This document shows, one piece after another, positions 8,045 through 18,157 of a DNA stretch of 64,000 bases. The DNA lies in the NCBI GenBank assembly GCA_048938895.1, contig JBHLLU010000006.1, positions 32,001 to 96,000 on the forward strand, read 5' to 3'. The position numbers and the translations under genes are program-made. Position 1 is the stretch's first letter, and each line of letters opens with the position of its first letter. The notes beneath the pieces were generated by a model. That model made no database searches, was not told the DNA's origin, and worked only from the letters and a program-made list of their open reading frames with translations. Origin of the DNA: Promethearchaeota archaeon (GTDB taxonomy: Archaea > Asgardarchaeota > Lokiarchaeia > Sigyniarchaeales > SOKP01).

Positions 8045-10405
8045 TTAAATAAAATCATGTTCAGTTCTACTAATTATTTCATCCTGTAAATCAGATCCTA
8101 AGTTGTTGAAATAGTCACTATAACCCGCAACTCTCACTATAAGGTTTCTATACTCTAACGGATTTTTTTGAGCATTTCTTAATGTGTTAACAGACACCAC
8201 ATTGAATTGTATATGATGTCCATCCATTTTAAAATAAGATCTTATTAAATCAGCTAGTTTGCTAATTCCCGATTCACCTGCAAAAAATTGAGGAGTAAAT
8301 TTTTGATTAAGTAGAGTCCCTCCAGTTCGTAGATGATCGATTTTACTAGCAGATTTAATAACAGAAGTCGGACCATTAATGTCCATTCCCTGAACGGGCG
8401 AGATACCTTCTGATAATGGCATAAATGCCTTCCTTCCATCGGGCATAGCGCCAGTAACTTTTCCGAAGTACACGTGAACAGTTGTAGGAAGTAGGTTGAT
8501 ACGATGCACACCACCTCTAAGATTTGGGCGATTATCCACAGCATTAAAAGCAATTTCAAATACTTTTTGCGTCAAAGAGTCAGCATAATCATTATCATTT
8601 CCATATTTGGGAGTTTTATTAATGAATTTCTGTCTTAAAATTTCATAGTCTTGAAAATTATTATCTAGAATAACAAGTAGCTCTTTCATCGATACAATTT
8701 TCTCATCAAATATATTATATTTTAAAGATGCTAGACAATCAGTAATACTTCCCATCCCTACTATTTGGATATAAGAAGTATTATATCTTGCCCCCCCATC
8801 ATTATAATCCTTTCCTTTTTGAATACAATCTTCTATCAGGAGTGATAAAAATGGTGCTGGATTTTGAGCCCAAATTCGCTCTATTATTTTGTTGCCATTG
8901 ATTTTAATATCAATAAAATACTCAACTTGTTTCTTGTAAGCTTCAAACAACTCATCAAAACTCTCAAAATTAGCAGGATCTCCTGTTTTTAAACCAATTA
9001 ATTTCTTAGTCAACGGATCGAATCCATTATTAAGTGTAACTTCCAGAATCTTTACTAAATTAAAATATCCAGTAAGTATGTAAGCTTCTTTACCAAAAGC
9101 ACCTGATTCGACACATCCACTTGCTCCACTATTATATGCATCGATTAGTGATTTATTTTGCCGAAGTAATTCTTGGACAATTGCATCAGTATTAAACACT
9201 GAAGGTTGCCCAAATCCTGTCTTAATGATATCAATAGCGCGCTTTAGAAACTTATCAGGCGTTTTTGTGCTGATCTGTACATTACTACTCGGTTGTAATA
9301 TCCGCATTTCTTCGATTACATCAAGAAGAAAATAGGAAAGTTCATTCACACCATCGGAACCATCTTGTTTTAAACCACCGATGTTAATGTTGCAAAAATC
9401 AGTATATGTGCTACTTTCTTCTGCTGTAACACCTACCTTTGGAGGAGCAGGTTGGTTATTGAATTTTATCCAAAATGCTTGCAAAAGTTCTTTTGCTTGT
9501 TCTTTTGTTAGAATTCCTTTAGCTAAATCATTTTGATAAAAAGGAAAAAGATGTTGGTCTAGACGCCCAGGGTTAAAAGCATCCCATGTATTAAACTCAG
9601 TAATAACGCCCAAATGAATGAACCAATAGTGCTGTAAAGCATCCCAAAATGTCTCCGGTGCTCTTTCAGGAACGTTAGAACAAATTTCTGCAATTTTTTC
9701 TAGTTCTTGTTTTCGTTTAGGTTCAGATTCAATTTCTGCTAATTTAGATGCTTCGTAGGAATATCGTTTAGCAAATGAAATTATTGCATCTGCGGCTATT
9801 TCCATACCCTTAAGTTGCTCTAATCTTTTAGAAGCTTCAGATTTATCATAATTATCTAAATTTTCGATACTTTCTTTTATTTCTTGCTTAAAATCTGAGA
9901 ATCCTTTTCTCCATATATTCCCACCACCTGCGGTATGCCCTGGTGCTCTCTGCTCCATGAATTCAGTAAAAATACCTGCTTCATAAGCGTCCAACCACCT
10001 TTGCTCCATTTGAGAAAAAATTCTATCTCGAATAGATTTACCCTTCCAAAATGGTATAATGATGTCTTTTGATTTCCTTTTTGTCTCATCTGATACCTTA
10101 AATGATATTTTATCTCGGGTATCCAATATTTTTAAATCATGTAGAGTATGACAACATACCTCAGGATAAGTGGGAGTTGCTTTTGGTTTGGGGCCTCGTT
10201 CCCCCACAATTAATTCCCCCTCATTTATACAGATTTTTTTATTTTCTAGGATATGTTTGAAAGCTTGCGCTCGAGCAACTGGAGGAGATATATTTTGATT
10301 AGCAATAGATTTATAAAATTCTGTTATTAATTCTGCACGTTCTAAAGAAAGATAAGGAATAGCTTCACTACTTTGTTTCCTAAGTTGTTTTATTCGTTGA
10401 TTCAT
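8045..10405 (-). CDS. hypD: Glycyl radical enzyme, probable trans-4-hydroxy-L-proline dehydratase
   Basis: Cys loop SGCVE and Gly loop RVAGYS. The segments NNQPAPPKVGVTAEESSTYTDF, EQRAPGHT and LLPTTVHVYFG match my recollection of HypD. Confidence 0.85.
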   Translation of the reverse strand: MNQRIKQLRKQSSEAIPYLSLERAELITEFYKSIANQNISPPVARAQAFKHILENKKICINEGELIVGERGPKPKATPTYPEVCCHTLHDLKILDTRDKISFKVSDETKRKSKDIIIPFWKGKSIRDRIFSQMEQRWLDAYEAGIFTEFMEQRAPGHTAGGGNIWRKGFSDFKQEIKESIENLDNYDKSEASKRLEQLKGMEIAADAIISFAKRYSYEASKLAEIESEPKRKQELEKIAEICSNVPERAPETFWDALQHYWFIHLGVITEFNTWDAFNPGRLDQHLFPFYQNDLAKGILTKEQAKELLQAFWIKFNNQPAPPKVGVTAEESSTYTDFCNINIGGLKQDGSDGVNELSYFLLDVIEEMRILQPSSNVQISTKTPDKFLKRAIDIIKTGFGQPSVFNTDAIVQELLRQNKSLIDAYNSGASGCVESGAFGKEAYILTGYFNLVKILEVTLNNGFDPLTKKLIGLKTGDPANFESFDELFEAYKKQVEYFIDIKINGNKIIERIWAQNPAPFLSLLIEDCIQKGKDYNDGGARYNTSYIQIVGMGSITDCLASLKYNIFDEKIVSMKELLVILDNNFQDYEILRQKFINKTPKYGNDNDYADSLTQKVFEIAFNAVDNRPNLRGGVHRINLLPTTVHVYFGKVTGAMPDGRKAFMPLSEGISPVQGMDINGPTSVIKSASKIDHLRTGGTLLNQKFTPQFFAGESGISKLADLIRSYFKMDGHHIQFNVVSVNTLRNAQKNPLEYRNLIVRVAGYSDYFNNLGSDLQDEIISRTEHDFI

Positions 10406-10490
10406 CGATGTAAGTAAAAATCAGTTTTAGCTAGATAAGAAATAATATAATTTCGAATAAATTTGTTATTGTAATGTATGATAAGAGTTC

Positions 10491-12320
10491 TTATTCTAAT
10501 GAATCTTTTATAGTTGATTCTTTGAAAGGAGTCCAATCAATTTGCTGATGTTCAAAATACTGTTTATATAATTGAGCATATTTCCCGCCTTTCGCAAGTA
10601 AGGATTTATGGTCACCTTCTTCAATAATTTCACCGTGATCCATTACGATTATTCGATCAGCATTAACCACTGTTGAAAGCCTATGTGCAATAATAATTGA
10701 GGTTCGGTTAGTTAATAAAACATCAAGAGCTTCTTGAATAACTGCTTCAGTATAGGCGTCAACACTCGATGTTGCTTCATCAAGGATTAAAATTCTAGGA
10801 TCTGTTAGGAGTGCCCGAGCAAAACTAATTAATTGTCTTTGACCTGCTGAAACTCCTTTTCCCCTTTCACCTACCTGAGTCTGTAATCCCTCCGGTAAAT
10901 ATTCAATGAGTTCATCAGCATGAACAGCATTTACTGCTTTTCGCAAGTCTTCTTCAGATGCATCTTGTCTTCCGTATCGAATGTTCTCTTCTATAGTTCC
11001 TGAAAAAAGAAATACATCTTGTGGAACCATACCTATATTCTTTCTATAGGAGTCTAATGTCAAGTTTCTGATATCAATTCCATCAATTTTAATCGATCCT
11101 CCTTGAAATTCATAATATCTGGCAAGAAGTGAAGCTAATGATGTTTTTCCTGAACCTGTATGACCGACAATTGCAAGCTTCTCTCCCTTTATTATTTTGA
11201 GATTTAATCCTTTAAACACCCACTCGTCGCTATTATATCTGAAATCGACATTTTCAAATTCAATATATCCTTCAACATTTTTCACATCAATAGCATTAGG
11301 ATTCTGTATAACATTGGGTTTAGAATCAAGAATTTCAAGGATGCGTTCATATGCTGCCATACCTGTACTGAATTGAGGAAAAAAAGTTGCGAGTACCATT
11401 ATAGGACGGAAAAATGTTGGAAGATAAAGATAGAATATAAATAACCTTCCAGGACTTAGCAAGCTTCTAAAGACAAGTTGACCTCCTATATACATTATAG
11501 TTATAAATGTAAGAGTGGAGATAAATCCAAGAAGTCTTCTCCAGAGATGAGTTACAGCAGTCAATCTAAATCCAGATTTAAAATACTTTTTATTTGTTTC
11601 ATCAAATTGTCCAGAAATCATTGATTCTTGCCCATAACTTTTACAAACATGTATACCTTCAACTAATTCAACCATTGATATATTGACGCTATCTAAAGCC
11701 TTCCTATAACTTCTACTTACTCTTCTAGCGAGCTTTCTAAGAGAGAACATCAATAATAAAATGAGAGGAACTGTTGCAAGGGCAATAAAAGCCAAAAAAG
11801 TATTTAACCAGATTAGGATACCAAGAGTCAATCCACTTAGAAAAAGATTTCCAATTGTCTCCACTATTAAAAATGTTATATCGCCAAAATCAACAACATC
11901 GTTAGTAACTCTTGTATTTAATCCACCTGTTTGATGAGTATCAAAAAAACTCATATCTTGTTCTTGTAACTTATCAAAAATGTCCATTCGGAGTCGTTCT
12001 GCGAAAAAAGGAACAAATCTAGATATCTCTTTATATTGCAAGTAGAACATTAACCATATTACTCCGTATAATATTATATAAAGGATTGAAGCCCCTACTA
12101 TTAGAAGATAATTTGGCTCTATCCTGATAAATTCATCTACAATATATGAAAGTAAGAGGGGATTAAGAATATCCGCTCCTGCTGAAATCACAATGAATAT
12201 TGCTATTCGAATCACACTTCTTTTAAAAGGGGTAATTCTTTTGATATATCGAACAAATAATTCCCTATCAGAATAATTTCGTTTTTGATCTTCAGTCATT
12301 AATCCTGCGTAGAGTCCCAT
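10491..12320 (-). CDS. ABC exporter, fused TMD-NBD (heterodimer subunit)
   Basis: 6-TM domain, Walker A GHTGSGKT, signature VSAGQ, ILDEAT, AHRLST. Confidence 0.92.
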   Translation of the reverse strand: MGLYAGLMTEDQKRNYSDRELFVRYIKRITPFKRSVIRIAIFIVISAGADILNPLLLSYIVDEFIRIEPNYLLIVGASILYIILYGVIWLMFYLQYKEISRFVPFFAERLRMDIFDKLQEQDMSFFDTHQTGGLNTRVTNDVVDFGDITFLIVETIGNLFLSGLTLGILIWLNTFLAFIALATVPLILLLMFSLRKLARRVSRSYRKALDSVNISMVELVEGIHVCKSYGQESMISGQFDETNKKYFKSGFRLTAVTHLWRRLLGFISTLTFITIMYIGGQLVFRSLLSPGRLFIFYLYLPTFFRPIMVLATFFPQFSTGMAAYERILEILDSKPNVIQNPNAIDVKNVEGYIEFENVDFRYNSDEWVFKGLNLKIIKGEKLAIVGHTGSGKTSLASLLARYYEFQGGSIKIDGIDIRNLTLDSYRKNIGMVPQDVFLFSGTIEENIRYGRQDASEEDLRKAVNAVHADELIEYLPEGLQTQVGERGKGVSAGQRQLISFARALLTDPRILILDEATSSVDAYTEAVIQEALDVLLTNRTSIIIAHRLSTVVNADRIIVMDHGEIIEEGDHKSLLAKGGKYAQLYKQYFEHQQIDWTPFKESTIKDSLE

Positions 12321-12326
12321 TCTTAC

Positions 12327-14111
12327 TCATTTCCCTCCTTTTTTAACTATTATATTTGAATGAGTGATTTTTTTTCCAAATATTCGTCTATAGTCCTCTG
12401 AGCTTTGTAATAAATCATTATGCTTCCCTTCTGCTACAATTTTTCCGTGCTTAAGTACAATTATCTTATCTGAATTTCTTATTGTATGTAAACGATGGGT
12501 AATTATTATTGTAGTCCTATTTCTTAAGATATTTTCCATAGCAAGGCCTATTTTCTCTTCAGTTTCACTATCAACAGCAGAAACAGAGTCATCAAAAATG
12601 AGAACCTTTGGGTCAGTCAAAAATGCACGAGCAATGGCTATACGTTGTTTTTCTCCTCCAGAGAGTCGTATTCCCCTTTCACCAACGATAGATTCATATC
12701 CATTAGGGCGCTGTTTAACAAAATCATCAACTTGAGCTAATTCCGCAGCTCTAAATATCTCTTCATCAGTGGCATCAGGTTTACCGAATTTGATGTTTTC
12801 TTTTATAGATCTTGGATAAAGATAAATTTCTTGTTCAATATAACCAATATGTCTTCTTAAAGCTTCAAAAGAATAATTACTTATATCTACTCCATCTAAA
12901 TGAATAGATCCTCCTTGTGGTTTGTAAAGAGATAAAATCAATTTTGCTAAAGTTGATTTTCCACATCCAGTTGGACCAACAAGGGCAACTCTTTCAAATG
13001 GTTCAATACTAAAAGTTATATTGCTTAGTGTCGGTGGATGATTTTTAATTTCATTTTCGTGAGTAAACGAAACATTCTTGAATTCAATTTTCCCTTTGAA
13101 TTGCGCTGGCCATCCTAGAGTCATATCTTTGTCAGTTTCACTTTCTCCTTTGGAAAGCGAAGTGTATAATCGCGAAGCAGCAGCGAATCCATTCATCATA
13201 TCATTAGTAGACCAATGAATCATTCTTGTAGGTTCAATAAGTGCTATAAAGAGGATGTTGATAGCAACTAGATCACCCACTGTTAATGTATTTTGATAGA
13301 CTAAAAAACAACATATTAAAAGCGTGCATCCTATCAATAGATAAAGGATTAATAGTGCATAATATCTAGCTTGGACTATATTTATCCCAATCATATTATT
13401 CTTGTAATCAATTACAGACTTTCGAAACTTTTTTCTTTCTAACCTTTCAGCATTAAAAGCTCTGACTACATTTGCACCAGTTATTGAGTCTTGTAGCACT
13501 ATTGCTAAATTAGAATATTTTTTCATACGATTGGTAACAAAAGGAGAAAGCCTTTTTCGATAATACAAAATAAAATAAAAATATAAAACTATGAAAGGTA
13601 AACTAAATAAAGCTAAACGATAATCTAAAACCTCGATTAAGAGGTATAAAGTTATGAATATCTGGATGAAGGGATAAAAGAAAAAACTTCCATGGGCGAT
13701 CATTGTATTAATGACCCTGACATCATTCGTAGCAAACGCAAGCAAATCCCCAGTTCGAACATTGTCATGAAAACTTAGAGTTTTTAATTGGATTGTATCA
13801 AAAAATTCTTGTCTCATATTTTTTTCAATTTTCAAGCCAAGATAATGCCCGGCCATCATAACCAAATAGTCAGATACATTATAACCAAAAGATACTGAAA
13901 GTCCGATAACAAGTAATATCAGTAAATTAGCCAAATCTCGAGTTATTAAGACATTGTCAATGATCCTACCAATTATTATTGGCATTATAGTGACACCTAA
14001 GCTTACCACAAAAATTCCTATAATAACTAACATTACCAGGTATTTTTGTCTAAAGAGGTGTTTTAGGAGCCACTTTCTATATCCCTTATCTCTTTCCTTA
14101 CTATTATTCAT
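12327..14111 (-). CDS. ABC exporter, fused TMD-NBD (heterodimer subunit with degenerate Walker B)
   Basis: GPTGCGKST, LSGGE and IFDDS (Asp in place of the catalytic Glu), as in TM287/288-type heterodimers; 6 bp from its partner. Confidence 0.92.
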   Translation of the reverse strand: MNNSKERDKGYRKWLLKHLFRQKYLVMLVIIGIFVVSLGVTIMPIIIGRIIDNVLITRDLANLLILLVIGLSVSFGYNVSDYLVMMAGHYLGLKIEKNMRQEFFDTIQLKTLSFHDNVRTGDLLAFATNDVRVINTMIAHGSFFFYPFIQIFITLYLLIEVLDYRLALFSLPFIVLYFYFILYYRKRLSPFVTNRMKKYSNLAIVLQDSITGANVVRAFNAERLERKKFRKSVIDYKNNMIGINIVQARYYALLILYLLIGCTLLICCFLVYQNTLTVGDLVAINILFIALIEPTRMIHWSTNDMMNGFAAASRLYTSLSKGESETDKDMTLGWPAQFKGKIEFKNVSFTHENEIKNHPPTLSNITFSIEPFERVALVGPTGCGKSTLAKLILSLYKPQGGSIHLDGVDISNYSFEALRRHIGYIEQEIYLYPRSIKENIKFGKPDATDEEIFRAAELAQVDDFVKQRPNGYESIVGERGIRLSGGEKQRIAIARAFLTDPKVLIFDDSVSAVDSETEEKIGLAMENILRNRTTIIITHRLHTIRNSDKIIVLKHGKIVAEGKHNDLLQSSEDYRRIFGKKITHSNIIVKKGGK

Positions 14112-14246
14112 AAGTATTATATTAAATTACACATAACTAAGAGATTAATATCTTTTTTAAATAAGGTATTAATTTAATCATATAATTATTCAAAGTTTTA
14201 GTATATTATCAAAACTTTAAGGAAATAAAAAATTAAACAAGAAAAC

Positions 14247-15113
14247 ATGTTGAATAAAGAATGGTTTATAAATAGGATAAATTCCTTTTTGAGGGAAGAT
14301 GAGAGCAATAGAATGACGGGCGTTGATGGAATACTTTTTTGGGATCCCGAAGTCATAGTTGGTTTTTGTTCGGGGGATGATTCTATATTTGAATATTATA
14401 AAAAAGTGGTTGGACCTTTCCATTTAACACCAGCAGAAGCTTATTCTAAGCATTTCTCAGTAGAGATAAACTCCCCGGAGAATCTTTCAGTTATAGCTTA
14501 TATACTTCCCACAAATAAGATCACTAAAAAAGAAAATTATGAATATAATACTGAATGGCCAGGAGAAAGATGGAGTCATACTAGGCTTTATGGAGAACAA
14601 GCAAACCAAAAACTCCAAAAATATTTACTAAATGAAATTAAAGATGAATTTGGCATAGACGGAGTAGCGCCAATGACCGAACAAAAGTTATTTAAAATTC
14701 ATAGACAACATCCAGAAGCATATCAAGGAGTATGGGCATCAACATGGTCCCATCGACATATGTGTTTTGCTTCTGGTTTAGGTTCTTTTGGGCTATCCGA
14801 TGGATTTATAAATCCAAGAGGAAAAGCAATGCGTTGTGGGAGTATTGTTATCAATTATAAATTGCCTTCAGATGCCAATAGTCGCCCCTCTGATCCCTAT
14901 GAGTATTGTCTGCGTGATTCATGTGGTGATTGTATAAAAAGATGTCCCGTTGGAGCTATAACTTTAGAGAATGGTCATGATAAACAGAAATGTTTTTTGA
15001 AGGTTTCAAGCACAACAAAATATATCCAAGAGCATTATCATATCCCAATCTATTCCTGTGGACTTTGTCAAGTTGGTGTGGCGTGTTCAGATGGTATACC
15101 ACTGAAAAAGTGA
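14247..15113 (+). CDS. Epoxyqueuosine reductase / reductive dehalogenase-like cobalamin Fe-S protein
   Basis: WSHRHMCFASGLGSFG, CLRDSCGDCIKRCP, CGLCQVGVAC. Confidence 0.8.
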   Translation: MLNKEWFINRINSFLREDESNRMTGVDGILFWDPEVIVGFCSGDDSIFEYYKKVVGPFHLTPAEAYSKHFSVEINSPENLSVIAYILPTNKITKKENYEYNTEWPGERWSHTRLYGEQANQKLQKYLLNEIKDEFGIDGVAPMTEQKLFKIHRQHPEAYQGVWASTWSHRHMCFASGLGSFGLSDGFINPRGKAMRCGSIVINYKLPSDANSRPSDPYEYCLRDSCGDCIKRCPVGAITLENGHDKQKCFLKVSSTTKYIQEHYHIPIYSCGLCQVGVACSDGIPLKK

Positions 15114-15203
15114 GATATATTCAAATAGAAAGGCTTATGTTTTGGTGAATATTCTTTGATATAAATATATTTTAAGTAAAGCTTAAAAAATGAGGTTGGA
15201 AAG

Positions 15204-16286
15204 ATTCCTGTAATTAAACCATCAGATGGTCCAGTTGCTGTTACTGGCGCATCAGGATATGTAGGCTCCCATGTAGTGGTCGCTTTGGTGAAGCATGGTT
15301 ACACAGTGCACGCATGTATCACAGATATGAATAATCCAGATAAGACAGAACATCTATTAGCACTCAATCAAACGAAATATTCTGGTCATGTGGAACTTTT
15401 CACTGGTAATTTACTTAAGCAAGGTAGTTATGATGTGCCCTTTCAATCCTGTACTGCAGTACTCCATGCTGGGACACCCATGGCTTATGGGGGGGTCAAT
15501 AGTCCTAGACAAGTATATGATGGAGCAATAATTGGAACTAAAAATGTACTCAAATCAGTTAAGAAAGTAGAGACTGTAAAAAGGTTTGTTTATACAAGCT
15601 CCTTTTCAGCAATTCATCATCCAATGAAATCCGGGTATGTGTTTTCAGAAAAAGATTGGGCTTCCAATAATCGTGAGAACGATCCAAACTGGAGTGTAGA
15701 TAAAATAGATCAAGACGGTGATATGGCCTATTCCATGGCTAAAGTCGAATGTGAACACATTGCATACCAATTTGCTCAAGAGGATGGACGGTTTGATGCT
15801 ATTTCTGTATGTCCTATTTCTGTGTTAGGACCGCTTCTTTCACGGGTACATGGTCGAATTGGTTCTTGGCAATGGTGGATCGGTCGTATGTTAGCAGGGA
15901 ATGAATGCCAACGACAGTGGAAGGCATTATGGAATGTTATTGATGTTCGGGATGTAGGGGAAACACAAGCACTAATACTTGAAAGGAATATCTGTAAAAA
16001 TGGAAGTCGCTATCAATTAAGTGCAACAGATGAATCTGGAGAAATTGATGTGATACAACTGCAAGCTCACCTTCAGAAGTTATTTCCCCACATTACTGTG
16101 GGTGGTCCACCACAGGAGATACACCAGATTATCGAAAAATATGGTGCAGTTTACCAAGCTCCCCTTGCTCACTGCAATCTAGCTCGTGAGGAACTTGGAC
16201 TCAAGACCCATACTATTCAAGACACTTTATATGAAACGGGGAAAACTCTGATTGATTTTGGTCTGATTGAGCCAGCATTAAAGTAA
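15204..16286 (+). CDS. NAD(P)-dependent epimerase/dehydratase (dihydroflavonol / cinnamoyl-CoA reductase-like SDR)
   Basis: The Rossmann motif VAVTGASGYVGSH lies in frame upstream of the track start (15276). YTSS and catalytic YSMAK are present. Start placed at ATT 15204. Confidence 0.8.
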   Translation: MPVIKPSDGPVAVTGASGYVGSHVVVALVKHGYTVHACITDMNNPDKTEHLLALNQTKYSGHVELFTGNLLKQGSYDVPFQSCTAVLHAGTPMAYGGVNSPRQVYDGAIIGTKNVLKSVKKVETVKRFVYTSSFSAIHHPMKSGYVFSEKDWASNNRENDPNWSVDKIDQDGDMAYSMAKVECEHIAYQFAQEDGRFDAISVCPISVLGPLLSRVHGRIGSWQWWIGRMLAGNECQRQWKALWNVIDVRDVGETQALILERNICKNGSRYQLSATDESGEIDVIQLQAHLQKLFPHITVGGPPQEIHQIIEKYGAVYQAPLAHCNLAREELGLKTHTIQDTLYETGKTLIDFGLIEPALK

Positions 16287-16413
16287 TATTAACAATCAAG
16301 GCTTTTTTTTGATGTTTAAATTACAAACTATTACAATTTTCTATAAGTTATTAAAGATTTGAAAACTAATTCTACACACTACTTAGTGTGAAAAACTCAT
16401 TTTTGGTGGAAGT

Positions 16414-18027
16414 TTGTTGAAATTGCAAAATGAATTAGGTATACACATACCTGCAAATAAGCCTCTCATCGTGCGCACGATTAAGCAAGTTACAAAAAAA
16501 CAACGTGAATATGCACTTAAATCTACCGAATATAATGTTTTTTCTTTTCCCGCAGATTTATTATTTGTTGATTTTTTATCAGATTCAGGCTCAGGTACTA
16601 TGACAGATTTACAATGGGCTTCTCTTTTTCATGGAGATGAATCATATGCCCGCAATAAAGGTTATTATGTACTTCTTGAGGCAATTAGAGATACTTTTGA
16701 ACGTGGGGACAATCCTAAAAGAGCAATAAATCTGATACTTTCTGGAGAAACTAATGTAAAGAAATTAATGGATGAGCTTTATCTTACATCATTTAAAGGA
16801 GGTTTTGTTAATGGTGGTGTACATCAACTAACTCGCCCAAATGCCTTTATAGTTCCTCAGGGACGGTGTGCAGAACACTTACTTTTTTCTACTATTGCTC
16901 CAATTCTAAGGACACATTTCAATTCTAAAGAGTTTTTTATCCCAAATAATGGCCATTTTGATACAACAGAGGCTAATATTATGGCCAATGGGTTAAATCC
17001 TATAAATTTATTTTCAACAAACTTACTAGATGAATTTCCATGGGATCAGATGGATAATAGAAACCCCTTTAAAGGAAACATGGATATTAAAAGGCTAGAG
17101 GAATTAATTCAGGAAAAAGGGGTGGATGCCATTCCATTGATATATATAACTATTACCAACAATACAGCCGCAGGTCAGCCAGTTGAAATGAAAAACATCA
17201 AGGAAGTTAGTAAAATCGCTAAAAAATATGATATTCCACTCTTCTTTGACGCATGTAGGTTTGCCGAAAATGCCAATTTTATAAAAGAATTTGAAGAAGG
17301 ATATCAAAACATTTCAATTCCTAATATTGTTAAAGAAATGTTTTCCTATGTAGACGGTTTTACAATAAGTTTCAAAAAAGATGGTTTAGCAAATATTGGT
17401 GGAGGATTTTTTTTTAAAGATGAAGGTACCTTCCACAGGAAGTTTTCTATAGAAGAAGATATTGGGATCAAACTAAAAGAAAAACAGATTCTGACTTTTG
17501 GAAACGACAGCTACGGGGGACTAAGTGGCAGGGATATTATGGCACTTACCACAGGTTTATATGAGGTTGTTCAAGAAACTTATTTGAATGAAAGAAAATT
17601 TCAAGTTAGAAATTTTGCCAGAAAACTAGCGCAAAACAGTATACCAGTTATCCTCCCTGCTGGAGGCCATGCGGTTTATATCAACATGGATAAATTCTTT
17701 GAAGGACTGGAATCTAAACTAGATGATTTTAAAGGCGTTGGATTTACAATTGAATTAATCAGACATTATGGTATTAGAGCAGCTGAATTAGGACCTTTTG
17801 CTTTTGAATGGGATAAAAAAACTCCTGAGCAAAAGAAGGGAGTTCTAAATTTGGTAAGATTTGCTCTACCTAGAAATGTTTATGGACAATCTCATATTGA
17901 TTATGCTGTTGCAGCTATAACTGAATTGTATAAAAATAGAGAAAAAATTCCTAAAGTAAAGATTTCTCGAGGAGCAAAGCTGCGATTAAGACATTTTCAA
18001 ACAGGATTACAACCGATCTATGAGTAA
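16414..18027 (+). CDS. tnaA: Tryptophanase / tyrosine phenol-lyase family PLP beta-eliminating lyase
   Basis: DFLSDSG, GDESY, HFDTT, ITNNTAAGQP, DACRFAEN, SFKKDG (PLP Lys), LRHF. Confidence 0.85.
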   Translation: MLKLQNELGIHIPANKPLIVRTIKQVTKKQREYALKSTEYNVFSFPADLLFVDFLSDSGSGTMTDLQWASLFHGDESYARNKGYYVLLEAIRDTFERGDNPKRAINLILSGETNVKKLMDELYLTSFKGGFVNGGVHQLTRPNAFIVPQGRCAEHLLFSTIAPILRTHFNSKEFFIPNNGHFDTTEANIMANGLNPINLFSTNLLDEFPWDQMDNRNPFKGNMDIKRLEELIQEKGVDAIPLIYITITNNTAAGQPVEMKNIKEVSKIAKKYDIPLFFDACRFAENANFIKEFEEGYQNISIPNIVKEMFSYVDGFTISFKKDGLANIGGGFFFKDEGTFHRKFSIEEDIGIKLKEKQILTFGNDSYGGLSGRDIMALTTGLYEVVQETYLNERKFQVRNFARKLAQNSIPVILPAGGHAVYINMDKFFEGLESKLDDFKGVGFTIELIRHYGIRAAELGPFAFEWDKKTPEQKKGVLNLVRFALPRNVYGQSHIDYAVAAITELYKNREKIPKVKISRGAKLRLRHFQTGLQPIYE

Positions 18028-18157
18028 TGGAAGATAAAAACTTTATTCAATATCATAACCAAATTTATCAGTAATTTTTATTTATAAAATTTAATTTATA
18101 TCATTAAATTTATAAAATCAATAAAATAATGTAAATACTTAAACGGGAATTGTAAAA

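Noticed and set aside
8254-10089. Short alternative-frame ORFs inside hypD
   Set aside because: Nested in a well-conserved gene and without motifs.
14247-15113. Assigning the symbol queG
   Set aside because: Only superfamily-level motifs are present, there are two paralogues, and queuosine synthesis is not expected in archaea.
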